From positions 1 through 64,000 of the forward strand of contig CAVYSY010000057.1 of the NCBI GenBank assembly GCA_963771175.1: 64,000 bases of DNA, read 5' to 3'. The DNA comes from an uncultured delta proteobacterium. Its GTDB lineage: Bacteria; Myxococcota; Myxococcia; Myxococcales; Myxococcaceae. The notes beneath the pieces are model-generated. The model had not been told where the DNA came from. It did no database searches and was given only the letters and a program-made list of their open reading frames with translations. The translations under genes and the position numbers were made by a program. Shown here piece by piece: positions 1 to 11,701 of the stretch. The first letter of the stretch is position 1, and every line of letters starts with the position of its first letter.

Positions 1-1877
<1,877 letters not shown>

Positions 1878-1911
1878 GCTCGGCGCTCCGGGCGAGGGCC
1901 TCACACGGGCT

Positions 1912-2548
1912 TCAGCCGCGCGTTCGGGCGCGCGCGTGCACGCCGATGAGGCCGAACTGCCCGTCGTCCTTGCGCCGGTACACCACGCACACCTCGTGCG
2001 TGGTGTCGTGCTGGAACACGTAGAAGTCGTTGTTCATCAGGTCCATCTGCATCACCGCCTCGTCCACCGTCATCGGCTTGACGGTGAACTCGTTGGTGCG
2101 CACGATCCGCGAGGCGGGCTGCGCGGGCGCGGCGGCCGGCGGCCTGCGGGCAGGACTCCTCGGCGGACTCCTCCAGGAACTCCCCGGGCAGCTCGAACAC
2201 GTCGTGGCGCACCTTCAGGTTGCTCACCAGCTCCTGCCGGTGGTGCACCCGCTCGCGGCCGTGGTGGTTCTTGAGCTTCTCCTTGTACTTGCGGAGCTGG
2301 CGCTCGATCTTGTCCATCGCGAGGTCGATGGACGCGTACATGTCCTCGCTCTTCTCCCTGCCGCGCAGCACGAAGTTGCCGGAGTGGATGGTGATGTCCG
2401 CGTGGTGCAGGTGTCGCTCGAGCGACAGCACCACGTGGGCCTCACCCGCGCGGTCGAGGTACTTGTTCACCCGCTCGACCTTCTCCTGCGCGTAGTTCTT
2501 GAGCGAGTCGGTCGAGTCGAAGTGACGGAAGGTGATGTTCAGCTGCAT
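1912..2548 (-). CDS. hpf: Ribosome hibernation promoting factor, long HPF/RaiA (sigma54 modulation protein); frameshifted near 2110-2160
   Basis: MQLNITFRHFDSTDSLKNYAQEK...SEDMYASIDLAMDKIERQLRKYKEK; C-terminal domain KPMTVDEAVMQMDL...VVYRRKDDGQFGLI; GGGAGG SD 9 nt upstream. Confidence 0.93.
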
Positions 2549-2554
2549 GCGTGA

Positions 2555-2730
2555 CTGCCTCCCATTTGGGCTTGGAGTGAAGACGACCGGAGCTCCGGTA
2601 CAGATCAGAACGGTCTGAAGGTCCGAAAGCAACCCACCCACCAGAAAGGACGGCTGATCGCACTGCACTCAACAGGCAATGTCGTCTTGACTTTCCAGCG
2701 TCGCTGCACTCCTGGGACTCGCCGTGCGAG
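2555..2730 (-). ncRNA. Candidate structured RNA / cis-regulatory leader of hpf
   Basis: Nested complementary segments 2574-2579/2707-2712, 2580-2587/2681-2688, 2598-2608/2654-2663 and 2614-2618/2641-2645, plus hairpins at 2586-2599 and 2696-2706. Two pairs are G-U on the minus strand but A-C on the plus strand. Confidence 0.4.
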
Positions 2731-2790
2731 CGGCGTAGCACCTGGGAATGCTGGCATCCGCGGCGCTGTAGATGCCTCTTGGGCCGCGAA

Positions 2791-4320
2791 TCACAGCGGC
2801 AGCTCGACCACGAAGGCCGAGCCCCTTCCGCCAGGCCCCGGCTCCACGTGGACGCGGCCGCGATGGCCCTCGACAATCTGCCACACGATGAAGAGCCCCA
2901 GGCCCAGGCCGCCCGCGCGCACCGCGCCGCGCCACCTGCTCGAAGCGCGAGAAGATGCGCTCGCGATCGGCCTCGGGGATGCCCGGGCCCTCGTCCCGCA
3001 CCACCAGCCGGGCGCCCTCGGAGGTCCGCTCCAGCCGCACCTCCACCGGACTGCCCGCGCCGTAGCGCAGCGCATTGGACAGCAGGTTCATCAGTACCTG
3101 CTCGAGCCGCAGCCGATCGAAGCGCCCCACCAGCGGCGAGTCGATATGCGCGGTGAGGACCACGCCCGCCATGCCGCGCCTGGTCCTCGGTGCGCGCCAC
3201 CAGCTCGGACACCACCTCGGACAGGTCCCCGGTGGCGAAGAGGAAGTCCAGCTTGCCGTGCCGGATGCGGCTGACGTCCAGCAGGTTGTCCAGCAGCGCG
3301 CCCAGCCGCCGCAGCGTGCGATCCATGGACTCCAGCCGCGACCGCACCTTGGGGTCGGACAGCGGCGTGGTGGCATCCGAAGCCTCCAGGAGCCGCAGGG
3401 ACTGCATCTGCAGCGACAGGCCGGAGAGCGGCGCCCTGAGCTCGTGACTGGCGAGCGACAGGAAGTCGTCGCGAATGCGCACAGCCTCCTGCAGCGCCAG
3501 CTCCGCCTCCTTCAACTGGGTGATGTCGAGGATGGCGCCGCGCACCACCAGGGGCTGCCCCTCCGCATCGCGCAGCACGCGCGCGCGGCTGGTGAGCCAA
3601 TGCCAGGAGCCATCCGGCCATCGGGTGCGGAAGGTGGAGGTGTAGTCCTTCACGTCCTTGGCGATAGATGAGCGAGACCTGCGCCTCCACCGAGGGCCTG
3701 TCCTCCGGGTGCAGCGAGGCCATGAACTTCTCGTGGGTCCACTCCGGCAGCGGCTCGGGGTAGCCATAGAGCCGGTCGTGCCCCTCGGAGCGGAACACCT
3801 GACCGGTGACGAGGTTCGTCTCCCAGACGGCCATCTGCGCGGAGTCGAGCGCCACCTGGAAGCGCTCGCCCATCAGCCGGAAACGCTCCTCCGCCTGCGC
3901 CACCTGGGCCTGGGCCTCCTCACGCTGGGTGATGTCGCTGGCGAACACCCACAGCTCGTCGCGCACGGGGACGACCGAGACCTCCAGCCAGGTGCGCGGC
4001 GGCAGCGACGCCAGGAAGCGCGAGGGCTGCCGATTCTCGAGAGCCGCCAGCAACCGCTCGTGCAGCGTCCTGCCCACCAACTCTGGCACCGCCCCCCACG
4101 GCTCCTGACCGCGCAGCCGCTCGGGCTCCACGTCCAGGAGGGCCACTGCCCGCGCATTGCACTCGAGCACGCGCCCGCTCGAGTCCAGCGCGAGGAAGGC
4201 CTCGGACATGTGCTCGAACAGCACCCGCAGCCGCTCGTTGGCGGGAAACGAAGCGCCGTCGGAATCGGCGGAAGACGCGCGGTCGGAACCCTTCTCGCGC
4301 GGAACGGGGGGCTCACTCAC
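2791..4320 (-). CDS. PAS-domain sensor histidine kinase (orphan); frameshifted
   Basis: PAS (LFEHMSEAFLALD...), PAS/PAC (HPEDR, WPDGSWHWL, ILDITQLK), H-box DFLSLASHELRAPL, N-box QVLMNLLSNALRY, G1 DEGPGIP, G2 GLGLGLFIV. Confidence 0.9.
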
Positions 4321-4364
4321 CCCACCACCGTTGCTGGCATGGGCCGCCACGTCAAGGTCCACGA

Positions 4365-4409
4365 GCGCGCCGTGCATCCGGGCTCCACGTCCCGAGACAC
4401 ACGGCGCGC
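4365..4409 (-). terminator. GC-rich hairpin downstream of pilY1
   Basis: GCGCGCCGTG (4365-4374) / CACGGCGCGC (4400-4409) inverted repeat; no U-tract. Confidence 0.3.
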
Positions 4410-4420
4410 CGCATCTCGCC

Positions 4421-7400
4421 TTACTGGCAGAGCTGCGCGTTGGCGTGGCGACACACGTGCAGGTTGCGCGGCACCTCCAGCCAGTAGACATCTGGCGTCG
4501 TCTCCGTGCGCTCGCGCAACGTCTCGGCGACGGGCGCCCTGCCCACGCCCGGCAGCACCACCTCGTAGCGGATGGTCCCCGACGGAGACACCGAGATGAC
4601 GGCCGTGGGCTCCGGCGGAGGCGCCAACGCATCACTCGTCTTGTGGGGCAGGAACCCGAGCAGCTTGCCATCCTTGTCCGTCAACCGGAAGCTCGCGGCC
4701 TCATCCGGCAGCCCGGTGATGATGTCCGCCTGCCATGAGCGGCTGATATCGCCCGCGCCCGCGAGCTTGCAGGCCGAGACCGTGGCACCCGCGGGCGGCG
4801 CGAAGCTGGGCCAGAACACGATGCCGCTCAGCACGGTCGAGCCCGCCGCCGTCTTCTCCTGTGGGCCACCGTACTGAAGGAACCAACCCGGTCCCTCCAT
4901 CTTCCCCCGCGCGAGCGACGCCAGCTTGTCCGTGGGCACATACCGGACGGTGCCCATTGTCGGGTGCACGTACGTCGCGTAGGCGCTGTCGGGGATGGTG
5001 ACATCCACCAGCGAGCAGTCGACGCCCGGGCCACAATCGAAGGGGCCCTCCGTCACGCGCATGCGGTCGAACGCGATGGCCTCGGTGGCGGTCTTGAAGC
5101 GACGCTGCCAGCCCCCGTAGGCGTGGAAGCCGAAGTAGCGGTTGTTGGACACCTTGTCGAGGTCCGCACCCAGCTTCAGGTCCCCATGCGAGTCGGTGGG
5201 CAGACTGGCCAGCGCGCACGACCACGCCCCGGCCGTCCTGGCGCACTCGGCCTCGGTGCTGGCCGGATCCGGCACGCCCGACGCGGGGAAGTAATAGGAG
5301 CCACTGCCCAGCGCCGTGCCCTTGTCACACGAGATGCGGAGGCGGGTCATCTCCAGCCGCGCGGACGAGCACGTGGCCGCGAGCGAGCCCGAGGAGGACT
5401 CGGTGTTCTTCACCAGCACCCCATTGTCATACTCGAGGGTGGACTGACGGAGCTGGCCGTTGATGTCGGCGAGGAACTCCGCCTTCACGTCACACTTCAT
5501 CCGCACACAAGCCAGCAGGTCATCGGGGCCACAGTTCGTGCCCTCCTTGGAGCGGAGGTGCTGCCGATCGCCCGTGCCCAGGAAGCTGCGCAGCCAGCCC
5601 GTCTCCGGCTGCCAGATGTTGGAGGCGATGTGGAAGAAAGGTGCCTTCTGGAAGGCCTTGCCCTCGCGCGCCATCTCCAGCGAGCGCGCGCCGAACCAGT
5701 TCTTCACCCGGCCGTCACTCCCGAGCACGCCCGGCTCGTGGAAGCGGAACGTCCACACCTGGCCGCCCAGGTCACCGACGACCATTGTGTCGAAGAAGCC
5801 ATCCAGGTCGCGCTGCACGTTCTCCGCCTTGCCGATGTCCACCAGGGCCGGCGCGGCCGCGATGGGCATCATCCGGTTCAGCACATCGTCCTGCCACGCA
5901 TCTCCCGACAGCACGCCGGGCCGGGCCTCCGCGGACCACAGCTTCTGGCCTGTCCAGACGTCCAGCAGGTACACACCACGACCTCGCGAGAGGTCCGCGC
6001 TGTAACCCCCATTGAGCAGGGCGATCCACCGCTCCTCCCAGCCGCGCGCGTTCGCCTTCGCCAGACGCACCGGACCGATGGGCGGCGGCTTGGGCGCGAA
6101 GTTGCTCCAGGACTGGCCCACCGCACCGGACTCCGGGTCGCACGCGTTGGGGAACATCCAGCGGAAGGGCTTGCCGTCCGGCTTCAGCATCTCGCGCGGG
6201 TTCGTCACGTCCAGCGCGACGAAGCGCTGGCCGCCGGAGCGCTCGGAGAGGATGGCGAGGGTATGGAACTCGCTGGCCTCCTTCACCTCGTTGATGGCGC
6301 TGCCGGCGGAGCCATCCGACCAGATGTCGCGCACCATGGCCGTGCCGTCCACGTAGTACTCGTGGCCGTTCATCATCAGACCCAGCTTCGGCAGCAGGTC
6401 CGGCGGGATGAAGGACCACAGCTCCTGGCCTGTCCCCAGGTCGTACGCATCGTCGATGAGGCTCTCCTTGCCGCGGGGAACGGACGAGCCCACGTGGACG
6501 GCGTGCAGCATGCCGCCGTTGGAGCCCACCAGCAGGAGGCGCTCCCGCGTCGCGTTCGCCTTGCGGAACACGTCATAGGCGCCGTACGGATTGCCGCTGG
6601 AGCCGCGCACCGGGTCCATCTTCGTGGGCGCGTAGCAGGGCGTGCCCGCGCCCGGCGTGGAGCACGGCGTCTCGGACGACACCACCGCGGAGAAGTCCTC
6701 GTAGAGCACGGACAGGCACTGGCTGTTCAGCCCCAGGTCGCACAGGAAGGGCTCCAGGGGCGGCTCCACCGTCATCGGCGTGGAGTGGAAGATGTCCGCG
6801 AGCTTGCAGGACCTCGTCGCATCGTCCGCGCACGGGCGATCCTCATCCGTGAGCAGATCTCCGTCGTAGTCGAAGACGTCCACGCCACGCACGAAGCGGA
6901 TGAGTGTGTCGACGCACTCGTCCTGCTGCGCGGCCGAGCCCGTCCAGGCCTTCTTCAGCTTCGCGAAGGCACTGGCGCAGAAGCCATCACCCGCGGCCAG
7001 CACGTACTGCTTCAGCTCGTCGCGGTGGTCCAGGTCGAAGGGCACGGGCGGGTTGTCCGCCTCGGTGAAGCGGCCGTCCTTGTCGCGGTCGATCATCGTG
7101 AAGACGCAGCGCCCGTTGGTGGGGTCGAGCGGAGCGGACGGGTCGCACGGAGCGCTCGCGCTGCGCTGGCCGAGCGTCTCGCCCAGGTCCCAGAAGGGCC
7201 GCGCCGCGACGCCTCCCACCAGCCGGCCCTCGCTGTTGACGGTGGCCGTCCGCACCTTCACCCAGTTGCCCTCCACGTTCTCCTGGACGACGTTGTCATG
7301 GGTGAAGCTGGAGATGGCCGGCACGTTGCCCGGCGCGGAGACGAAGCCCGCGGGCTTGTCGAGGAAGAAGGTGTCCTCGCAATCCTTGTCGCCGTTGAGG

Positions 7401-9298
7401 TCTCGCGGATCTCCCGCCGTGCTCTTCGCCTTGGCCGGCTCACAGCCCTGGGTGAACTCGCTGTAGAAGAAGAAGCGGTAGAGATGTCCCTCGTAGGGAC
7501 GGTTTCGGCGCGGGTTGAAGCGAGGCACGAAGGAGGAGGACAGCACGCCTCCGGCCTGCACGCTGGCGAGGCTCGCCGAGGCGAACGCGGTGGAGACCTC
7601 CTTCACGTCGCCGAGGGCGGCCATGATGGCGTCGCGCAGCTCGCCCGGGTTGCCCACGCGGAAGAACCTGCCCTTGCCCGCCAGGGCGATGCTCTGGAGC
7701 ATCGGGCTGTTGTCGCCATAGCCGATGGTGTACGTGCGCACCGACTGGTCGCCCGGCAGGTCATCGCGCAGGTCCGCGTTGGCCAGGAAGAAGGCCACGT
7801 CGTCCATGAAGTTCTTGTTCGTCTTCGCCAGACCCGTGGGCCAGTTCGCGTAGTCGCAGTCCTCCTTCGTGGCGCCGAACGCGTCGCAGTAGTTCACGCC
7901 GCCCGGGGCCGTGTTCGTCTCCGGGTTGCTCGGGTCGAACGTGAGCAGCGAGCCATCCGGGTGCCGTGCGCCCCGCGCCGTGAGCACCTCCATCATCTTC
8001 GTGAGGGGCACCGTGTTGTCGTACCGGGGCGCGCCGTCCGTCAGCACGATGACCGAGCTGTTCTGACAGGCGACGCAGACGGACCTGTCCTCGCCACCGC
8101 CCTCCCAGGGCTGCGTGTCCTTGAGCCACTCGTCGGGCGTCTGCGAGCCCCAGGGCGCGCCCGCCTTGCCCGTGAGCGGCTCGTCATACGTGCCGCCGTT
8201 GCAGCAGCCCGGCCAGCCCCAGCCGGGGCTGATGGGGTTGGTGAACCACTTCGCCCACCGGCCATCCACCTTCTGCGAGGAGAAGTAGCCACCCAGGCCA
8301 AAGAGCGCCTCGCCGATGGAGCGCTCGTCGTTGCGGAAGGAGATGGAGTTGATGGCCTTGAGGAGCTCGGGCCGCGCGAGCGCCGTCTCGTCCATGAGCG
8401 GGAAGGCCTTGTCGCACGCCGGCTTGAGTGGCCGCAGCAGCACCGGCGGATCGAACCAGCCGTGGTCCGGACCGAACGTGGCCACGCCCAGGCGCAGACC
8501 ATCCGCCGTGGACAGGACGTCCTTGAGCACCTTGCGCGCCACCACGAACTTGGGCGGACGCACGTTGAGCACGCGGCCACTGAGGATCCACTTGCGCCGC
8601 GCCTCCACGGGCAGCGGACCCGTCGAAGGGTCCGTCGGCGTGGTCGCCATCGGGCCGCGCCACCAGCCCTTCTCCGTCAGGCACTTCGCGCACTCGAGGT
8701 AGACCGGCGAGCCCCAGGGCTCGGTCCAGCCCACGGCGTTGCCACAGACCTGCAGCTTGTCCGTGAAGCCCACCGTGGCGCGCATGTCGGTCTCGAGCGA
8801 GTACGGCTCGTCCTCCACGCGCCACGACAGGCGCCGGCCGCGCGAGTGGTAGAACTTGTCCGGCTCGAAGAAGTGCGTCTCCGTGGCGGAGAAGTCCGCG
8901 TCCGCGTCGAACGGGATGGAGCCGTTGAGCTTCGGATCCACGCTGCCCAGGTCGAACCACTTCATCGCGTCGACCAGCGCCGGGTCCGAGCACCCCATCT
9001 TGGAGGTGTCACCCACCTCGGGCAGGAACTCGGGGTAGTCCTGCATGGACGCGTTGTTGCCCAGCAGGAAGAGGGCGCCGGGCGGACTGGAAGGCACCTC
9101 GAAGAAGTCCTTGTCGCCTCCTCCCGAGGCGTTGATCATCGTGTCACCCAGCGCGGCGGCGCCCGTGCAGCACGCGGCCAGCTCGGGCAACGGAACACTC
9201 CCGGAGAGGCCCGGCAGGGCCAGCAGCCCCGCACCGGCTCCCGCCAACACCAGACCCAGTCGCCCCCAACGTCTCACGTTGTCGAAATCGATGCGCAT
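4421..9298 (-). CDS. pilY1: PilY1/PilC-family type IV pilus tip adhesin, ~1625 aa, with vWA-like domain and C-terminal beta-propeller
   Basis: Signal peptide; vWA-like segments (SSVIVLTDGAP, VRTYTIGYG); PilY1 motifs LADIFHSTP, VGSNGGMLHA, GQELWSFIPPDLL, YYVDGT, GDLGGQVW; Dx[DN]xDG-like Ca loops; C-terminal YWLEVPRNLHVCRH. Confidence 0.88.
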   Translation of the reverse strand: MRIDFDNVRRWGRLGLVLAGAGAGLLALPGLSGSVPLPELAACCTGAAALGDTMINASGGGDKDFFEVPSSPPGALFLLGNNASMQDYPEFLPEVGDTSKMGCSDPALVDAMKWFDLGSVDPKLNGSIPFDADADFSATETHFFEPDKFYHSRGRRLSWRVEDEPYSLETDMRATVGFTDKLQVCGNAVGWTEPWGSPVYLECAKCLTEKGWWRGPMATTPTDPSTGPLPVEARRKWILSGRVLNVRPPKFVVARKVLKDVLSTADGLRLGVATFGPDHGWFDPPVLLRPLKPACDKAFPLMDETALARPELLKAINSISFRNDERSIGEALFGLGGYFSSQKVDGRWAKWFTNPISPGWGWPGCCNGGTYDEPLTGKAGAPWGSQTPDEWLKDTQPWEGGGEDRSVCVACQNSSVIVLTDGAPRYDNTVPLTKMMEVLTARGARHPDGSLLTFDPSNPETNTAPGGVNYCDAFGATKEDCDYANWPTGLAKTNKNFMDDVAFFLANADLRDDLPGDQSVRTYTIGYGDNSPMLQSIALAGKGRFFRVGNPGELRDAIMAALGDVKEVSTAFASASLASVQAGGVLSSSFVPRFNPRRNRPYEGHLYRFFFYSEFTQGCEPAKAKSTAGDPRDLNGDKDCEDTFFLDKPAGFVSAPGNVPAISSFTHDNVVQENVEGNWVKVRTATVNSEGRLVGGVAARPFWDLGETLGQRSASAPCDPSAPLDPTNGRCVFTMIDRDKDGRFTEADNPPVPFDLDHRDELKQYVLAAGDGFCASAFAKLKKAWTGSAAQQDECVDTLIRFVRGVDVFDYDGDLLTDEDRPCADDATRSCKLADIFHSTPMTVEPPLEPFLCDLGLNSQCLSVLYEDFSAVVSSETPCSTPGAGTPCYAPTKMDPVRGSSGNPYGAYDVFRKANATRERLLLVGSNGGMLHAVHVGSSVPRGKESLIDDAYDLGTGQELWSFIPPDLLPKLGLMMNGHEYYVDGTAMVRDIWSDGSAGSAINEVKEASEFHTLAILSERSGGQRFVALDVTNPREMLKPDGKPFRWMFPNACDPESGAVGQSWSNFAPKPPPIGPVRLAKANARGWEERWIALLNGGYSADLSRGRGVYLLDVWTGQKLWSAEARPGVLSGDAWQDDVLNRMMPIAAAPALVDIGKAENVQRDLDGFFDTMVVGDLGGQVWTFRFHEPGVLGSDGRVKNWFGARSLEMAREGKAFQKAPFFHIASNIWQPETGWLRSFLGTGDRQHLRSKEGTNCGPDDLLACVRMKCDVKAEFLADINGQLRQSTLEYDNGVLVKNTESSSGSLAATCSSARLEMTRLRISCDKGTALGSGSYYFPASGVPDPASTEAECARTAGAWSCALASLPTDSHGDLKLGADLDKVSNNRYFGFHAYGGWQRRFKTATEAIAFDRMRVTEGPFDCGPGVDCSLVDVTIPDSAYATYVHPTMGTVRYVPTDKLASLARGKMEGPGWFLQYGGPQEKTAAGSTVLSGIVFWPSFAPPAGATVSACKLAGAGDISRSWQADIITGLPDEAASFRLTDKDGKLLGFLPHKTSDALAPPPEPTAVISVSPSGTIRYEVVLPGVGRAPVAETLRERTETTPDVYWLEVPRNLHVCRHANAQLCQ

Positions 9299-9452
9299 AT
9301 CCCAGGCTCCTTGAAGCCGCTGGCACGCACGCGCGGCCACCCCTCAGAAGAGCCTGCCCCTCTGACAAGGGCGCTCCGGCCCCGAGGCAAAGGTGCCGTG
9401 AGGGTGGATGGGGGTGGTGGTGAAGCCCCTCACCGCGAGGAATGGCGCATCA

Positions 9453-10355
9453 TCAGTTGGCGCGGGCGGCCTTGGGCGAAGGCACGCAGGTCAAGGGCTC
9501 GTCGGGACGGCCATGGCAGGCAAAGCCCGGTGCACAGACCGAGGGGTCCTCTCGCGTGCAGGCCGTGCGGCAACTGTAGAAGTAGCAGACGGTCCCGTCG
9601 GGACAGGGGGCATCCTTCGAAAAACAGGATTGCATGCATTGCATCCACACCGCGTCCGCGACTTCAAAAGAGTCATCGATCGAGCAGTCCTGTCCCGAGG
9701 GACACGGATTCCGCAGGCAGTTGGGGCCGAACACCCTGGCGCAAATGGAGACGCGCTCTCCTCGGGGGATGCACTGCTGTCCCTCCGGGCAGGTGCGCCC
9801 CTCGCACGTGGGCTGGCAGGTAGCGCCCGCTATATCCTCCTCGCAGAAATAACCTTCGGGGCAGCTCGCGGGCTCGTCCGGCCTGCACGGACGGCCACAC
9901 CGGCCACGGCAGAGCAGGTCCCTCCGGCACCCACTCTTGCGCTCTCGCGGCAGTGCAACGCACACCTCCCCTTCCCCGCGTACGCCCACCAACGAGCAGG
10001 CCCGGAGCACATCCTGGTGACTCTCGGTGGTCAGGAGGCGGCAGGCGAATCCTTCCGCGCATTGCTCGTCCGTCATGCACATGCTGTCCGTGCAGTAACT
10101 CCGCTGGGACAGCATGTTGAAGAAGCACCGGAGCTGCGGGTCGCAGTCCGCATCCGAGCGGCAGTCCCGCTCATAGGTGGGCAGGCGCAGGCGCTCCTCG
10201 AGCGTCAGCATCGGCAGGGGATGCACGCCATGAGGCAGCGACAGGCGCGCCCCCTCCCCAGCCAGATTCCCGAGGAGGAAGGTGTACAGCAGCCATGCCA
10301 TTGGTAGCGGCAGGGCAAGGCCCAGCAGGACGGCCAGGAGCGGGCGCCATTTCAT
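9453..10355 (-). CDS. Cysteine-rich membrane-anchored/exported protein (32 Cys in 300 aa), myxobacterial type
   Basis: MKWR + hydrophobic N-terminus, then repeated CxxDxxC / CPEG motifs; paralogous to 22309-23182. Confidence 0.85.
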   Translation of the reverse strand: MKWRPLLAVLLGLALPLPMAWLLYTFLLGNLAGEGARLSLPHGVHPLPMLTLEERLRLPTYERDCRSDADCDPQLRCFFNMLSQRSYCTDSMCMTDEQCAEGFACRLLTTESHQDVLRACSLVGVRGEGEVCVALPRERKSGCRRDLLCRGRCGRPCRPDEPASCPEGYFCEEDIAGATCQPTCEGRTCPEGQQCIPRGERVSICARVFGPNCLRNPCPSGQDCSIDDSFEVADAVWMQCMQSCFSKDAPCPDGTVCYFYSCRTACTREDPSVCAPGFACHGRPDEPLTCVPSPKAARAN

Positions 10356-10517
10356 ATGGTGCGCCACCTCAATCGGCCTCGGAAGAAGGCCGGCACTCTA
10401 CTGGACGGTAGCACGCTGACAGTTCATGACCGTAGAGCCAGGGTCTTCTCGCGCTCCGCCTTCGTGAGCAGCCGTGACACGTGCCGGCCACTCTCCCGCT
10501 CGCGCACCCGCGTCCCC

Positions 10518-10583
10518 CCACTTCTGGACGTCCAGAAGTGGCGCACATTCCCCTACCTCACTTCTGGACATCCAGAAGTGAGG
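10518..10583. repeat. Palindrome doublet A (REP/REPIN-like)
   Basis: CCACTTCTGGACGTCCAGAAGTGG (10518-10541, perfect 24-bp palindrome) and CCTCACTTCTGGA-CA-TCCAGAAGTGAGG (10556-10583, 13-bp arms); 40 bp centre to centre. Confidence 0.95.
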
Positions 10584-10611
10584 AGACATCTAGGGAAGGC
10601 CGGGCTCCAGG

Positions 10612-10881
10612 TCATGCCGCCCGATGTCGCGTGCGGTGCAGGGCCCGTAGGAGGAGGAGCAAGACGCATGCTCCCACGAAGGCGACGATGATGGTGGACA
10701 CGATGCCACTTCCCGGTGCGCCCACTCCGAGCGCCCGGAAGAGCCACCCGCCCAGAAACGCGCCGACGATACCGATGACGATGTCTCCGACGAGGCCATA
10801 GCCGCCCCCCACCACCGCCGAGGCGAGCCAGCCCGCGATGAGACCCACGACGAGCCAGACGACGAGTGTTTCAATGGTCAT
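10612..10881 (-). CDS. GlsB/YeaQ/YmgE (transglycosylase-associated) small membrane protein
   Basis: WLVVGLIAGWLAS...GDIVIGIVGAFLGGWLF...IIVAFVGACVLL. Confidence 0.92.
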   Translation of the reverse strand: MTIETLVVWLVVGLIAGWLASAVVGGGYGLVGDIVIGIVGAFLGGWLFRALGVGAPGSGIVSTIIVAFVGACVLLLLLRALHRTRHRAA

Positions 10882-10986
10882 GTGAAGTACCCCCAAGTGG
10901 GACTCCCTCACAGGTAAGCACCCGAGTTCGAGGTACCGAGGAACAGGTAGGCGGGGGAGCGCCGCATCGTCCGCGCACCTGGGCCT

Positions 10987-11694
10987 TCAGCAGGCTCGGC
11001 GGTGCTCCACTCCCGTCGGTCCGGCGACCAGCAGCTCGGAGGTCAGGCCGATGAACAACCCATGCGCCAGGATGCCGGCCCGAGCATCCAGCCGCGCGGC
11101 CAGCTCCTCCGGGCGCTCGATGGGGCCAAAGGCGCAATCGAGGATGAAGTGGCCCTGGTCGGTCCGGTAGGGCGTCCCGTCGCGGCCCTCCCGCCGGGTG
11201 ATGCGCGCACCCAACCCCTCCAGGAAGAGCGCCTGCGAGCGCCAACCGAAGGGCAGCACCTCCACCGGCACCGGCCAGCGCGTCCCCAGCCGGGGCGACA
11301 GCTTGCCCACGTCCACCACGATGAGCTCCCGCCGGCTCGCCTCGGCGACGATCTTCTCCCGCAGCAGCGCCCCTCCCCCACCCTTGATGAGGCGCAGCTC
11401 CGGGTCCACCTCGTCCGCCCCGTCGATGGTGAGTTCCACCACGGGATGCGCCTCCAGGGTGGTGAGGGGCACCCCCAACGAGCGCGCCAGGGCCTCCGTC
11501 TCCAGCGACGTGGGCACGCCCACCACGTCGGTCAGCTTCCCCTCCGCGAGCAGGGCCGCCAGCCGGCGCACCGCGAAGGCCGCGGTACTGCCCGTGCCGA
11601 GTCCCACCACCATGCCCGATTGGATGGCGTCCACCGCGCGCTCGGCGGCCAGGCGCTTGAAGCGGACGACGTCGCCTTCCTCGGAGGCGGACAT
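10987..11694 (-). CDS. rpiA: Ribose-5-phosphate isomerase A
   Basis: GLGTGSTA, IDGADEVD, IKGGGGALLREKIV, PVEVLPF. Confidence 0.97.
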   Translation of the reverse strand: MSASEEGDVVRFKRLAAERAVDAIQSGMVVGLGTGSTAAFAVRRLAALLAEGKLTDVVGVPTSLETEALARSLGVPLTTLEAHPVVELTIDGADEVDPELRLIKGGGGALLREKIVAEASRRELIVVDVGKLSPRLGTRWPVPVEVLPFGWRSQALFLEGLGARITRREGRDGTPYRTDQGHFILDCAFGPIERPEELAARLDARAGILAHGLFIGLTSELLVAGPTGVEHRRAC

Positions 11695-11701
11695 GGCGGA
11701 G

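Noticed and set aside
2555..2730. Assignment of the hpf leader as 6S RNA, tRNA or the known raiA motif
   Set aside because: I cannot match their conserved sequence blocks by eye; left as an unassigned candidate
2752..2776. GG-N10-GC sigma54-like boxes on both strands
   Set aside because: They lack the TTGC element, arise from a GGCATC/GATGCC inverted repeat, and are common by chance at this GC content
4964..9823. 1619-aa plus-strand ORF and many other long overlapping ORFs (e.g. 54357-57470, 29039-30733)
   Set aside because: Antisense or alternative-frame shadows of real genes, expected at high GC3; no recognisable motifs except where they run into a real gene
10518..10583. Mini-CRISPR interpretation of the palindrome doublets
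   Set aside because: Only two units each, spacers of 14-21 nt, fully palindromic repeats, no cas genes or leader
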